From Lingula anatina (Eukaryota > Animalia > Brachiopoda): 64,000 bases of DNA. The stretch is from contig CM120641.1 in assembly GCA_051362555.1 (NCBI GenBank), positions 34,912,401 to 34,976,400 on the forward strand, in the 5' to 3' direction. Shown piece by piece: positions 1-14,100 of this stretch. Each line of letters opens with the position of its first letter. Within the stretch, counting starts at the first letter, position 1. Made by a program: the position numbers and the translations under genes. Below the pieces are notes generated by a model, which was not told the origin of the DNA, searched no databases, and worked only from the letters and a program-made list of their open reading frames with translations.

Positions 1-543
1 TTATCATTAAGACCGCAAGAATGAAAAACCGATCAATACCTTTTTTGCTAAAATTGATCGAAAGATCTATGAGGCTAGACGTTTGGGATTTGAACTGGAA
101 TTCCTTATGGTATTAAGATGATCTACGTGCGAAAATCCATTCTATTATCTGCGGCACACAAGTCAAACACTAATTGCAAAAGGTTATGGTGTTTTTCGTA
201 ACAATTCCTTATTATTTACCACACCCGTGAAACAGGTTAATACAATTGACTTTTGTGGGGCGAGTTCTCGCCATTCATTTCATTCATTAGAAATGGTTTG
301 TTAGTCACGTCGAACAGGCGAATGGTCTCGCAGTAGCTAAACAATCTTTCAGAATGTAATTGTATTGATGAAATTCAGATAAGTAGGTCACTAATTAATT
401 AAATTGTATATAAATCGAATTACCCTCCTATAGCGGCATCCAAAACAAAGGTAAAATGAACTAAATGTCAAACTCTCTGTCTCCATTATTGAGTCCAGTA
501 GGCCTATAAATTTTTCCCAATAATTGACAAATCAATTTGACTG

Positions 544-1307
544 AGGTCAGTGTCTTAAAAAGATTTTCAAGGCCAAGGATAAATTATTTTGATAATACTT
601 TCAAGTAACGATTTTAGCCTATATAGAAAGGCATTGATTAGACACTCTGAAAATGTTTACTTACTCTACGCTTTGAAATTGATTTGCAAATTTGTCTACT
701 TGCAATTTTATTATGTCTATCTAGTTATTGTTTCGTATTCTTTCACAACATTTTTTCTGCAGTTTAAAGGCACAGGCAATTTAAACAAAAATAATTAACT
801 TTAAATGATTTTTTTAGGGGAGGGATTTCAACACATTTTCTCAAAACCACTTGGGTATACCATATCCAAAACAATTCCCACAATTGTGGAGTTCTAAGTT
901 CAAAGATTCTCAGGTTTAATTTTACCTTAAGGTCAGTGTCTTAAAAAGATTGTCAAGGCCAAGGATAAATTATTTTGATAAGACTTTCAAGTAACGATTT
1001 TAGCCTATATAGAAAGGCATTCATTAGACACTCTGAAAATGTTTACTTACTCTACGCTTTGAAATTGATTTGCCAATTTGTCTACTTGAAATTTTATTAT
1101 GTTTATCTCGTTATTATTTCGTATTCTTTCACAACATTTTTTCTGCAGTTTAAAGGCACAGGCAATTTAAACAAAAATAATTAACTTTAAATGATTTTTT
1201 AGGGGAGGGATTTCAACACATTTTCTCAAAACCACTTGGGTATACCATATCCAAAACAGTTCCCACAATTTTGGAGTTCTAAGTTCAAAGATTCTCAGGT
1301 TTAATTT
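544..1307. repeat. Direct tandem duplication, period 386 bp (2 copies)
   Basis: AGGTCAGTGTCTTAAAAAGATT starts at 544 and at 930. The copies are near-identical and generate the twin 69-aa ORFs at 589 and 975. Confidence 0.93.
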
Positions 1308-2378
1308 CACTGGTGACGGTAAAAACGTTAAGTTTGGCCATCGAAAACGGGTTTACAAATCATTTATTATGAGCATTTTTCTAGAAGAGTATACCGTGTT
1401 GATAGGGGAAAATTGCTGAATTTTTTAGGAATTTTTTTTCTATACGGAGAGTGCTAAGTAACATGCTGCACAGAGTTATATAAAGCTAGCTTTCATGAAC
1501 AAACCATCGAGAAGCGAAGTGGTCATTAATATTCTACCGAACCAGTGCGTATATACATGTACAAGAGGCCCTCTTTGGAATTAGAGCAGAGGGCGAGAGA
1601 CGCCTTACAACCACTCAGAGCAAAGTCTGCCCCTGCCGCGGCGCATCGTGTGTTCCAGCCACTTCATCTTCAACGCAACCTACAAGACTTTTATCGGCAC
1701 CTCCAATGCAGCAAATAGGGAAAAGGACGACAAAATATTTACTACTGAAATACCCTCTGTTATTGAGAAAGTTGTAATAATAAAAACAGCAAAAATCACT
1801 TTTAAAATATATATTACATACAGCTTGTTCTTTATTTCTTCTTTTTATATATTGGTGATAAACGCTCAGTCCCCAATTAACTTGTTTTCGGGTGTGTTTA
1901 TGGCTCGGTTCTTCGTTGAGTAGTTTTTGTGTGCATTAGCGGGTTATAACACACCACGTCTGAGTCTTTTGTTTTACAATGGTCCAAATTATAGCACAAA
2001 AATGATCGAAGGATCAATAATTGACAACCAAGGCCCACTACTTTGGAACAATAGCTACAAGGCTATGAAAAAACATCTCGACAAAGTGATATTTGATGTG
2101 TATATAAATCGATGATACTTCTTAAACACGTGCGGCATTTTCCCACAAAGTAGGCCCGCTCTCATGAATCCATGTATCGACCCCAAATTTATTTTAAGAA
2201 TCGGTATCCGAAAGGGGTTAGCCTACCCTTAGCATTTTGTAAACACTTTGACATATTGAGGGGGCTGTGAAAATACAATAAATAATTCAAGTTGTTTTTA
2301 TTATTATCCCTAATGTATTTTATGAATATATCCGTCGACGACATTTAGAGGGTTGCATGATCTGCGGAGGAGCAGAAA

Positions 2379-2478
2379 ATGGACGGAAAGACCAAAGGCA
2401 ACACGGAAGTTTGCAACGTGCTGTTGTTTGTGATTTGTGTAATCGCGACTAATGCCCTTCAAGTGTCTGGCGCAGAAA
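2379..2478 (+). CDS. Exon 1 of the mosaic gene: signal peptide
   Basis: MDGKTKGNTEVCNVLLFVICVIATNALQVSGAE has a basic N-region, a hydrophobic core and a V-S-G/A cleavage-like end. It is followed by a phase-1 GTAAGT donor that matches the phase of exon 2. Confidence 0.72.
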
Positions 2479-5400
2479 GTAAGTGTAATGGCTTTCAATC
2501 AAAATTCAAATTTGAGCTCAAAAATTCAGCCGCTCATCTAATAGCAGGTTGAATTCCTGTTTCACGCGGCGCGCGACTACTTGAAGAACATACATGTGCA
2601 TTTGCTTTCTCTCAGTCCTTCAAAGTTTGACCTTTGGCTGTATTTGATAGTAGGCCTAAGTATCAACTGCATACATCAACGAACTCTAAATATCGCAGCC
2701 TTTTCTTTTGTTACATGTACATATTTGTAAGAGGGGACCAAAATTGTTCTCCAGGTGGTCGCAGCACGGTGTAACAGGTGCTTCACCCAAACCCATAATT
2801 TAATTTCTGGTGACTTTGTATCAGCCTTAAGGATTGAGATTTTACTAAGGAAGGTCTGTTTTATACATAGGGCATAATACATGTAGCCATATTAAAGTGG
2901 GCTCACATGCAACGGATTTTGTCACACCCAGATCAATTCCCTTATAAGGCGTTTTTTTACCTTTAATTGAAATTATCTGACTGCTAATTATTTGAAAATT
3001 CTATATAAATATAATATTTTAGGTGAAAAAAAAAGATATGTCTAAGGGACCTCAGTATTGGGAAATGGTTTTTTAATAATACTTCTACATCTCTACATCT
3101 TCATGATATTATTTATTGATTCAATCAGTGGATCTTAGGGTCTTTCTCTGGAGGCATTAATGGCAAAATTCGCACATTAGAATTAAGAATGTGTAAGTAG
3201 CTTTACATAATATTTCACACCTTATAAGTTCAAATTTTACTGTTCTTGTTTCAAGCCTCGTGTTCTATTAGAGATACATTATAAGGAGTCCATGTGTGTG
3301 TCCACCTTGATTTGAAGTACATGTAATTACATACCAATCAGATTGTTCCAATTTACCTTTTTAAAATAGATAATGTTATACATAGAAATCTCAGAAATAC
3401 TGAAAAAAAGGGAAAAGGTTGAATTGAAGCTCTTAACAGACCTTTATTGTACCATGTATATTTTATATAGTTTTGTAAATTATACTCTATTCGTGTTACA
3501 ACATGGATTCGTGTCGTTCTTTTCCGTTAAGACAGAACATGTGAATCTCCGTAGCAGTTTTAAGGATCGCATTATCTAAAAATGAGAATTGGTTTATAAT
3601 CTGGTCATTCCTTTCGCCGTTCCTTCGATCGTTCACCCACGCATCTGTGACAAATTTGTGCGGACGAATTTCCAAAATGCTAAGCTCCAGTTTCTCTTCG
3701 TATCTCTTCTGTACTTCTGGGGATAGTTCCTCTTCATACTGTTACGCTGTTGTGAAGTAAATACATGTAGTTGTTTAAAGATAGCAAAAAAATTTGGTGA
3801 GCAATTTTTGTCATCCGTCCATTACAAACTAAGGGAGAAACATTGTTCTTGACAACGTTCCGCCCCCTTTTTGGCGTCAGCTGTGAAAACGTTTTACTCA
3901 CTTTGAAAATTCAATCATCACTGGTTTTATTCTTTATCTCCTACAAGTATAACGTTGTGAAAAATATGATAATCTTTTGTATAGAGCATTAAATTTTTTG
4001 AGTGAATTTACACAGTTTGCTTGTCACTGAATATTAAAAAAAGGGGGATACACCCGATGATAATAAAATAAGCATTTAATAAACTATTTTCCTTTCGTGG
4101 TCCAAATATTGTATCAGAAATGTCAAACTATCATGGGATCACACTATTTTTTCAGTTAGTAACAGAAAAAGCTGTTTCCTATTGTACCAAATACTTGGCC
4201 AAGCTGAAGCTTTCTGACAAATTAGTCATTGATTTTGTTTTATTTGCATTCATGCTCAGCTGCCTTTTCTTTCCAGCTGTGTATACTTTTTCAACAAGCT
4301 CTCCAGTCTTTTCTTTTTTATTCTCCAGGAGTACAGTATCATCAGCAAAACGCATATTTAATATTTGCTTCCTTCAAATATTATACCTAGTTCTTCGATG
4401 TCTGCCTCTCTCATAATTTCTTTCTGTATACACATTAAATAGACGATGAGAAAGAATGCATCCTTGTCTGACACCTTTATCTAGACGGAAACTGTCACTG
4501 TGTGCATTGTTCCATCTGATGACTGCAGATTGGCCAGTATAAAGTTTTTTCAGGAAAACTATATACTGTGTTTCGGGAATCCCATTTCTCACAGTATGTT
4601 AAACAGCGGAGAATGACCGACATTATCGAAAGCCTTCGAGTAATCAATGAAAACCATGTGGAGTTGCCCACCCTCTTCTAAAAATATATGATGTTATTTA
4701 TTGGCCCTACCGAGTCACTTTCATTTAACGTAAATGTTTTCATGGGATACTATGAATTGGATAAAGTCAAACGTGTGTCAATGCAACTGCTATATTTTCC
4801 ATCAAGAAACTGATTTTGGACATCAATAAATGTTGCAACATATCATAGAACGAGAATTTTATCAAGCTTCATGTATAAAACAAGTGCTTTTATATCATCG
4901 TGATAACTTTATCAACACATGCACCAGTTTGGCAGTACTAATTATTTTGTTGATATTTCAGAGAAGATTAGTATAATTTGATTTATATAGGTTGACAGTA
5001 ATTTGGCAGAACATGTAGGTTTTTTGAGAGGGCCTCTGGTCACTACTTGATTGTTGTCCGATAGGCCAAAGATCACAGCTTTTAGTTTATTCCATCAAGG
5101 GTGAATAAAGTTTTTTATTCGTCGAGTCTCAAAAATTTTCTTATGGGTCATTCAACAATAAGTGAACATTTGGTCACGTCAGTGAGGCACACATTTCGTG
5201 TAATATTAGCATAAGTGATTTTTCCATATTGGTGGGCACTATAGCATAAAACAGCGACAAACACGGGTGAAGTCAAAATTGAGCAATTATTACACAAAAT
5301 CCGTATGTTACTGACGGAAATCAAATGTTCAATATCCTGTGGAATGACTCATCTAATATTTTAAGGACGAGAAACTTCTAACGTTTCACGTATCCAGCTA

Positions 5401-8073
5401 TTACTGCAAAGCTTATTCCTAATGAATCTAGCGGTCTGCATAGATCGTTCCAACTCCACGTGGCTCTCGCTGAATGCAATCAGATAAACAAATTAACTTC
5501 CTGGTGTTAACGTCCTGGTCTTGAGTAGAACGAGTACGTTGGAAACAAGAGGAGGCGTGTTGACCTGTTAAACTGATTGCATTCAGCGAAAGTCCCCACG
5601 GAGTTTGATCGATCTACATAGACCGATAGATTCATTGGGAATAAGCCCTTACTCACCACGCTTACATTTTTTGTAAACATTTTCCAACAGCTTTTACTTG
5701 CGACTTTGAGACAGACATCTGCAATCTGTCAGACGCCACTGATGATGATGGCGATTACTGGGTGCGTTGGAAAGGATACACGCCAACATCGAGAACTGGA
5801 CCTAGTGTGGACCATACGCTTGGGACCGCGCAAGGATACTACTACTATTTTGAAAGCGACAGTGCGGTAAGAGGAGTGTGCATGTGTCCAACTGCAACAT
5901 TCTCACGCATTTCACCGATATTTGATTAAAACATAGGGTTGCAATGAATATTCTGTTCAGCTTTATCAATCCTGCCTTCATTCAGTAATTGTTGTAACTG
6001 AAATTTAATTTGATATAAAAGTAGTTAGGCTTTTATGCAAAACTGACCCTACTCTATTGAATAATCTCTAACAATTGGACGTTTTGTAACAAATTGGATT
6101 TAAATATATCATTTCTGCTTTGATCCATATGCATGGTATCTGTTTTAAAGATACTGCTATGACTAATCACCATTTAATACATGTAATTGCTTCTGTAAAT
6201 GCTGATGTCTCTTTTAACAAAATAAAACATTTTATAATTACGTGTTTCAGGGTAGCGACCACACGTCAGCTTTTGAAACTCCACTGTTGACCGTTGCTCA
6301 CTCGTGTTCTATGGTCAAGGTACAATTTTGGTACCACACACGTACAGCGTATTACGATGATATAAAAAACATGGGTGCCTATGTCAACATGGATGGGTCA
6401 AAAAGGAATATATTATATTTGTGGCAAATATCGAGAAACGAATGGATTATGTTTGAAGCGATTTTCAATGCCACTGCCGATTTCAAGGTAATGTCCCGGG
6501 TTGTACTTGTATCTGTGAATGTGCGTTGTGTTGATATTAATAGTGGACCAAAGGGAGGGTATAGCGGACACCTGGCCCCGTATCTCGAAAGCTACGCTTA
6601 TGGCGAGCGGGCACAAGCATGGCGATTCCTCACTATCCCATATCTCGAAAGCCTCGCAAAACGCGATACAAACTAGTCGCAATGCACTTTGTGTATGCAT
6701 AATTCTTCATTTTAATTTGTCTTTCATGTAATTTAACATGGCGGCAAGTTTGTGTTGCTAGTCATAATAGCATATAACAAAACATGTAACAAAAACATGG
6801 AAGCTTATAATAGATTGAATCACTCGGTACCTCTGATAAAAAAATGCGGTAAATATTCACGTGAAGAATGCTAAAGTCATGTTTTATGATGCATAAAAAT
6901 TTCAAAATTAAACATTTCATACATCATTTTATATTTTTTGATGAATATAATTCATCTGTGTAGTCTATTGATAATAATCATAAATTTTAAAGTGTCATTT
7001 TCTACACAAAATGAAAAAGCAGAAACAAAACATTCGGTCGCACCGTGACCTTCCTCAATGTCTATTATTGTGAGACTGAACACTACTCACCAATGTGACA
7101 GTAATTGTGTCAGTCCAAGCTTCGCTTATTTAATTTTTTTTTTGACATTTTATTGGTGTCAAACACTTCAAATGTTAGTATTTGTAATTATGATATTCCT
7201 ATAAATAAAAACAACCTCTTGATTAGCGTCATGGTGAAAAAAAAACATTTTGTGTAACTGTGTTATGACGTCTTCACTTTATGCGGCAATCGAATTTTAT
7301 ATTTTATAAGTAGAGTTTGAGGTTATAATTGCGCTGCGTTTGCTAAGGCTTCTAGATAGAAGGTGGGTGCAATCGTACTCGTAAATAGCGCGGAATCGCA
7401 ATGCTCGCGCCCGCTCGCAACATAACGAAGCTTTCGAGATACGGGGCCCTGCTCTGCTCCTGTCTTAGTGGCCAGTCACAAATCAGTTGCGATGCGTCGG
7501 GGATGGGTAAAACCCGGGAAATTTGAACAAAATCTTGAGACAGATCTCACGATTTTGCACCCGTCGGAGGCGCTCTCCGGACGCCTGCGGGTTGTCGCAG
7601 ATTTTTTAGACATCGCCACACCCGTCGCGGTCCCCAACTTTGAACTTAAAATTTTAAGATTGCTCGCAAGATTTTTCACCCATTTTGGGCATCCCAATCA
7701 CAATCTCCGATGACCTACGATGCCCTCCGATTAATCGGAGGCGTCCTCCGAATAATCTGAGACTAGTCGCAAGATTCTGTGTGGGATTGGAAAATCAGGT
7801 TGACATATACCCAGGGGGAAAAAAATTACAAGAAAAGACGCTCGCAGATATCGTCTCCGATCGCCTCCGATGCAATCGGAGGCTAATCCCACGATTTTTC
7901 GACAAAACTGGGTCAAAATCCTTGAAAAAATCTCAGACAATGTGACTGCTCCACTTTTATTAGGATTATTGCTAGGATTGTTCAAGGATTCTTTATTTTC
8001 TACGACGACCCCCGGCCAAAACTAATCCCCGACAGATCGCCGACATTGTGACTGGGCCATTACTTACTAAGGA

Positions 8074-8104
<31 letters not shown>

Positions 8105-11100
8105 CAAGAAAAATTCTTTAATAGTATAACGAACAAAACAAGACAAAACAGATAATTTTGTAATCTTGTTACTATACTTTCAATAGTGAAAATTGTCCTC
8201 GACTTTTGTTTGATATTTGCCAAAACGCTTTAAAATCCTTGTGAAATTTATATCTGGGAAAAGCATCGAAAATATATATGTTTATAATTAATTTATAATT
8301 AAAGGGCTAACAACTGTCCATATTGCAGAATAAATACATTGTAAACAACTCACAGAAATATAATAAATTCTATTTTACCACCAAAACTGCGGTAAATGCA
8401 ATAATTCTGGAAATTGTGCTTACCATCACATCATTGCCCTGAGTGTCAGTGCACTATAAAGGTAGTTTGCTTACTATATACATGTGGTAGCTTTACAGTA
8501 TTGCTGATGTGTGTTATATATGAAAATCGAGCTGGCAATACTGAAATCTAGTACCTAAGGTACATATCATGTGACCTTAAGAGAATATTAAGAAACCAAA
8601 CTCTTTAGAAAAAAACAAACAAACAAACAAACAGGGACTAACTTTGAATATCGGAAAGGGTCAATTTACCATTGGTAAGCATGGGGTACTTGTCCTTTAC
8701 CCCAGGAAAATCCATTTTTGACAGAATGAACAGTGGCTATCCCTTCAATTAGGTGATATTTTAAAATGCTACACTTTGAATGTCTTTATCGGCGTTTGTA
8801 TTTCTCGTTGCAATGTATAAGCATTCAAAAAATTTAATACCTTTCTATTTTGAGGTGAGATAGTAATCGATGTGAGGTGTAACTTCATTTCTGAACAAGA
8901 TTCTATCACGAAAATTAATTGGCAGAGTCGACCACGTGTGTATGCCCTACAATCCCGTGCCATCATTTTGTTATAAAAGATTTTGTTATGGAGTTATGAG
9001 CCCCTAATTACAGATTTTGATCAAACAAAAGCATTATTTTGCTTCATTAACGATAAAATCTAAACTAGGACTTTTAAGAAAAATCGCTGGCAGGTTTTGA
9101 AGTACTAAGTGGCGTCATTAGATCGTCATTAGAGTCGAAACGGTGATCGTGGGTGCTCGGGTAAAGGAGAAATTTGAGAAACCAATTTTTTTCAGTTTTT
9201 GCCCCAAAATGGCAATTATGACGTCACCCGTAAGATGACATATGTGTAAATGTACCTGTGTACGTCTAGGTATACCAAAACTCTGGCATGAACCCCAGCT
9301 CTAAACAATGAAACTATTCTCAATAGAAAGCAACTGCATTGTCAGAAGTAATGGACGCGTAAGAGTTTGGATAACATAGTAAGAAGTATCTTCCCAATTT
9401 AATGCCTCTGGTTGACAAGACGTATCTCCCACATCAGTCATAGTATGGGGTTTGGTGGCTACTATGGTGTAAGCGAGCTGGTAGTGGTCAGCTGGAACCT
9501 TAACGCAGAGTAAGATACCAAGTACTTGAAAGAGACTTAAGAGTTCTGTCAAAATATCTTTGGGGACCGTGTACACCCATTTATGTTTCAGCATGATAAT
9601 GATACTCCGGGTACACAAATATACAGGCAATGCAGCAGTAGGCTGGGAACCAGATTCAGACCTCTCAATGTCCAGCACAATCCCTACATCAGAACTTCAT
9701 TGAGTATGTGTGAGATATCCTCGGAAATAGATAATTGAGGGGTAGCCCTGCAAACAAAAATAATCCCATATCTTTGCATATGGGAACGCTACCTAGCATT
9801 TTGATTCCATGCACAGGCACGTCAGGTGCGTCATTTTTTTGTGAAAGAAATCCTTTTAGTAGTTGAGTAAAAGCATTCGTTTATGAGATGATTGTCTGTG
9901 TCAGTGTACGTATTGCATTAAGGGGTGTATATTGACATTTAGAAACTGAACAGTACAGTTGTTTTTGAGGAGACTGAGTACAGTGCAACCAAATGAATGT
10001 ACTTGTATTTGCCGTAAGGCCAATGTATGCTCAAAAAGGCACCATTCTTTATTTAAAATTGCCCAGTCGTGCACATTTTTAGATTCGTTTTTGTGCAGTG
10101 ATTCAAAAAATAGTTTTCCAATCACACTATATAACGTTTCAGGACTTTTAGGGTATGAGTTTTCCATGGAATGTTTCAGGTTTGTTGTTCTAAAGCCTTC
10201 ATCAGTACAAGTAATAATCATTTTATTGGTCACTGGGGGCCAAATGAGTAACACACACTGAATCTTAATCTAAAAAAACCAACCAACAAACAAACAAACA
10301 AACAAACAAACAAATTGATTTTGTACTAATGAACCATCCGGTAGTTTGCTGCTGCACAACGCACAAGTAATCTCACTTTTATTGGCAGTGCAATAATGAG
10401 TAGGAATGTCATTGCATACTTACAGAAAAAGAAAAAAAAAACTGCCTTTGGGATGTGTTTTAAGAGAATGTATCTTTCTGTTATTATAACTCAAACTATC
10501 TGTAATTTTTAGGTTGGGTGGTGGCTAGAGTTTGACAGTTCCAGTTTTCCATACGGAGATGGAGCTTTTGATGATATTGTAATTACTCAAGAAGAATGTC
10601 CTGCCGGTGAGTAAACATTTATCATGGATAAAAAACTAGTAATATCAACTAGAAAAGTATTAAGGATATTGTCACCCTTCCCTCAAAATTCCTTATTTAC
10701 TACCTTATATACATTCTTTTGTGTAATAAATAAATCTTCATTGTTAAGTGACAATAGATTAATGAACATAAACACATAAATCATCTTATACGGATGACGT
10801 CATATTTGCGATTTTTGGGTAAAAACTGACAATCGATTTCTCAAATTTCTCTTTTACCTGAGCTCTACGATCCTACGATCGCCGTTTAAACGCCGATTTA
10901 ATGACACTGACACTATTTAGTACTTCAAAAACCTGCAAGCGATTTTTCTTAAAAGTCTTAGTTCAGATTTTATCGTTGATAAAGCAAAATAATGCCTTTG
11001 TTTAATAAAAATCTGTAATTATAACTCCATAATAAAAACATTTAAACCAAAATGACGGCACGGGATTGTACATGTACAATGTAGTCTTTACTCTCCTGGA

Positions 11101-14100
11101 CAACACTGCCAATTTTCGTGATGAATTCTTGTTCAGGGATAAAGTTACGCCCCTTACCGATTGCTATCTCACCTCAAAATAGAAAGGTGTTAAATTGACG
11201 ATTAAGGCTTCGAGTTGCCATGCTATTACATTGCAAAGAAAAATATAAACGCCGATATTTTATATTTTCGAGGGTTTTTCATTGTTTTAAATCAGCAAAA
11301 GGATAAATGTATTATTGAATAGATGCAGGAAAAACTCATTTTCGGTATTTGGACGATAATAAAAGGTTACAATTACCTCGAGAGAAAGAAGACCTCCACC
11401 AAGGCAGCTCATTTCTCATTTTCAATTAATTAAATAGTTAATCAATAGGTTAGTGGCTAAATTTAATTGATTCCAAGTTAGCCCATTTATGGCCTATCCT
11501 GAACATTTTATTAATTCTGTCCATAGCCATGAATTTTTTTGCGTTTGGGTGTCAACTAGAGAACCAATAAAGGGGAAAAACAGAAACTCCTTCGGGAAAT
11601 GTTAACTTTCAACATTACAGCTGAAATGTCCGTCATATTTGCGCGAAGATACAATGATTTATACATGGCTTCCTAGCATCCTCAATCATTTTTACAGCAA
11701 TACCGCAAGCCATTACATTTAGCCGCAGCATTGTATATAAAACTAAGTAACCTGACGCACAGATACCAGCTACATGTACACTATAACAGGGATAGATCTC
11801 TCTAAGGCCTTAAAGGAAATAGCCTTTGTGATCTCCAGCCTTGGGTTTGTGACTGCATACGCGGACTTGTTGGTGCGAACGTAAATCGGTCAGCTTACCA
11901 GTATGAAAAAATGTTGGTAGATTTCGTCACGGTAATGTGACAAACAGTTCGACAGGTGCAATCAATCCGACAAAAAACTTTTAAAATCATTTTATCTGGG
12001 CTCAAACATTTAAACCAAACTTAAAAATCATGCAACAGAACTTTTTCTTGTTCCAATTGTTCGACCATATCGTCAGCAAGACTCGGTATATTTTCAAGCC
12101 AGTGAAATAGCTTCTGCATGCCTCCACTCTTTGTCAGTTGTTGTGCTTTAGATGGCTATCGTCAATGAGAAAGAAACAATTGAACCCGATACTTTATCTG
12201 GAAGCAAGACGTACCTGTCATTTCTTTTGTGCCCGCTGACAATAATACTGCTTATTGACATACAGTTTAGTTTCAGTTCTGTAAATATTATGGCTCTTAT
12301 GTTTAAAACAACACAAACACTGATTGGTGTCTTTATCAGTACTGAATTTATTTCTTATCAAAAAATTGTTTACTTCTCTATAGTGGACAATATTTTTTTA
12401 AAACAAAGTTCATATCTTCTTGCCTTCTGGAGATCTTCTGGAGGCAAAATAATAAATATTGCTACTTTTTATGAATAAATAGTTTATTTGCAAGGTCAAT
12501 GTCGTTTTAAATTGCACATGTACTGAAATAAATTATTAATAAATTATAAAATGTTTTTCAGCTGTCACAAGTTTGTCCTGCAATTTTGATAGTGGCAGCT
12601 GTGGTTTCATTACTGATGTTGACACAAATAGTGTCAACCACATGTGGAACTTGTTCAAGGGCAGCACACCGAGTGGTTACACAGGTCCTTCCAGTGACCA
12701 CACTTCAGGCAGTGGATACTATTATTATGCAGAAACTTCACATCCAGTGAGTCTTTCAAAAGATTTTTTAGTTATGACTCTGATTGAAATTGGGGTTTAT
12801 GTGATTTTATTCTCTGTGCATACCAAATGAAACAGCTACATGTAACTGTCCCAAAATGTAGGTTAAACCTGGGACTCAGTAATAGTGATTATACATTTTT
12901 ATGTACAGACACAGATGTGTCTGTACATATTGCCATCACCTGCGTCTGTCGTCGCCGATGCCGATGCCGATGCCGATGCCGATGCCGATGCCGTCGCCGG
13001 CGCCGTGCACTTTCCTTGTAAACACGATAAGTGGAGGGCAGTTTTACTTTTTGGCTTAATATTTACAGAGCTGATGAATATTCATAAAACGCAGGTCAAG
13101 TTCGAAAATCAGCATGATCGGGCCATTTTAAGGGAAGTTATGCTGTTTTTTCACTTTTTTCAGCATATATGCAACCCTGTAAACACATTTTAAGGAAAAC
13201 CGTTAGGCCTGTTGTCATGAAACTCACAGGAGTAATCAGTCTTATAAAAACACAGGTCAAGTTCGAAAATCAGCATGATCGGGTCACTGTTTTAGTAGTT
13301 ATGCTGTTTTTTTTTCATTTTTCAGCATATATGCAACACTGTAAACACAATTTAAGAAAAACAGATAGGCCAATTGTCATTAAACTCACAGGAGTGGTCA
13401 ATCTTATTAAAATGCAGGTTGAGTTCGAAAATCAGCATAAGCGGGGCATTATTTTAGAAGTTATGCTGTTTTTTCACATTTCCTCCGATTCAACTCTTAG
13501 GCATGTTAACAATCTCATTATTGAACTAATAAGATACGTAAAAGTGTTTGTTTGACATTTCCTGCATCTTTACAACATTGTTAGTTGATTATGTAAAAAT
13601 GATGGTAAACTTGTTATCGTGTATTGTGTAATAAAGTGTCAAAAATGGAAATAAACTCATATCATTGCAGTTTGTCAGATTTAATCATTCACTATGTTCA
13701 GAATCTCAGAATGGAGGAAATTAGACATTTAACACTATTCTATTGATATTTTCCCCATCTCATCAATTTTCTTAGTTGATCATATAAAAATTGCAGTAAA
13801 CTGTTTATTTTGTTTTATGTAAAAAAAGTTTTAAAAATGGAAATAAACCCATGTCAGAACAGTGCTGTCTTGTTTCACATTTCCTCAGATTCAATTCTTA
13901 GGCATGTTAACAGTCTCATTATTTATCTAATAAGACATGTTAAAGTGTTTGGTTGACATTTCCTGTATCTTTACAACATTATTAGTTGATTATGTAAAAC
14001 TGATGGTAAACTTGTTATCATGTATTGTGTAATAAAGTTTCAAAAATGGAAATAAACTCATATCATTGCAGTTTGTCAGATGCAATCATTCACTATGTTT

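Noticed and set aside
589-1184. Twin 69-aa ORFs as a small gene pair
   Set aside because: They start at TTG, are AT-rich with no motifs, and are a by-product of the 386-bp duplication.
7468-7985. Overlapping GC-rich ORFs on both strands
   Set aside because: They lie inside a TIR-bounded MITE and have no recognisable domain.
11540-12250. GC-richer stretch that looks like decayed coding sequence
   Set aside because: Stops in the frames I read and no motif I can recognise.
12827-13555. RCRCRC / ADADAD ORFs and repeated KTQVKFENQHDR peptides
   Set aside because: These are translations of a (GCCGAT)n microsatellite and of element-internal tandem repeats.
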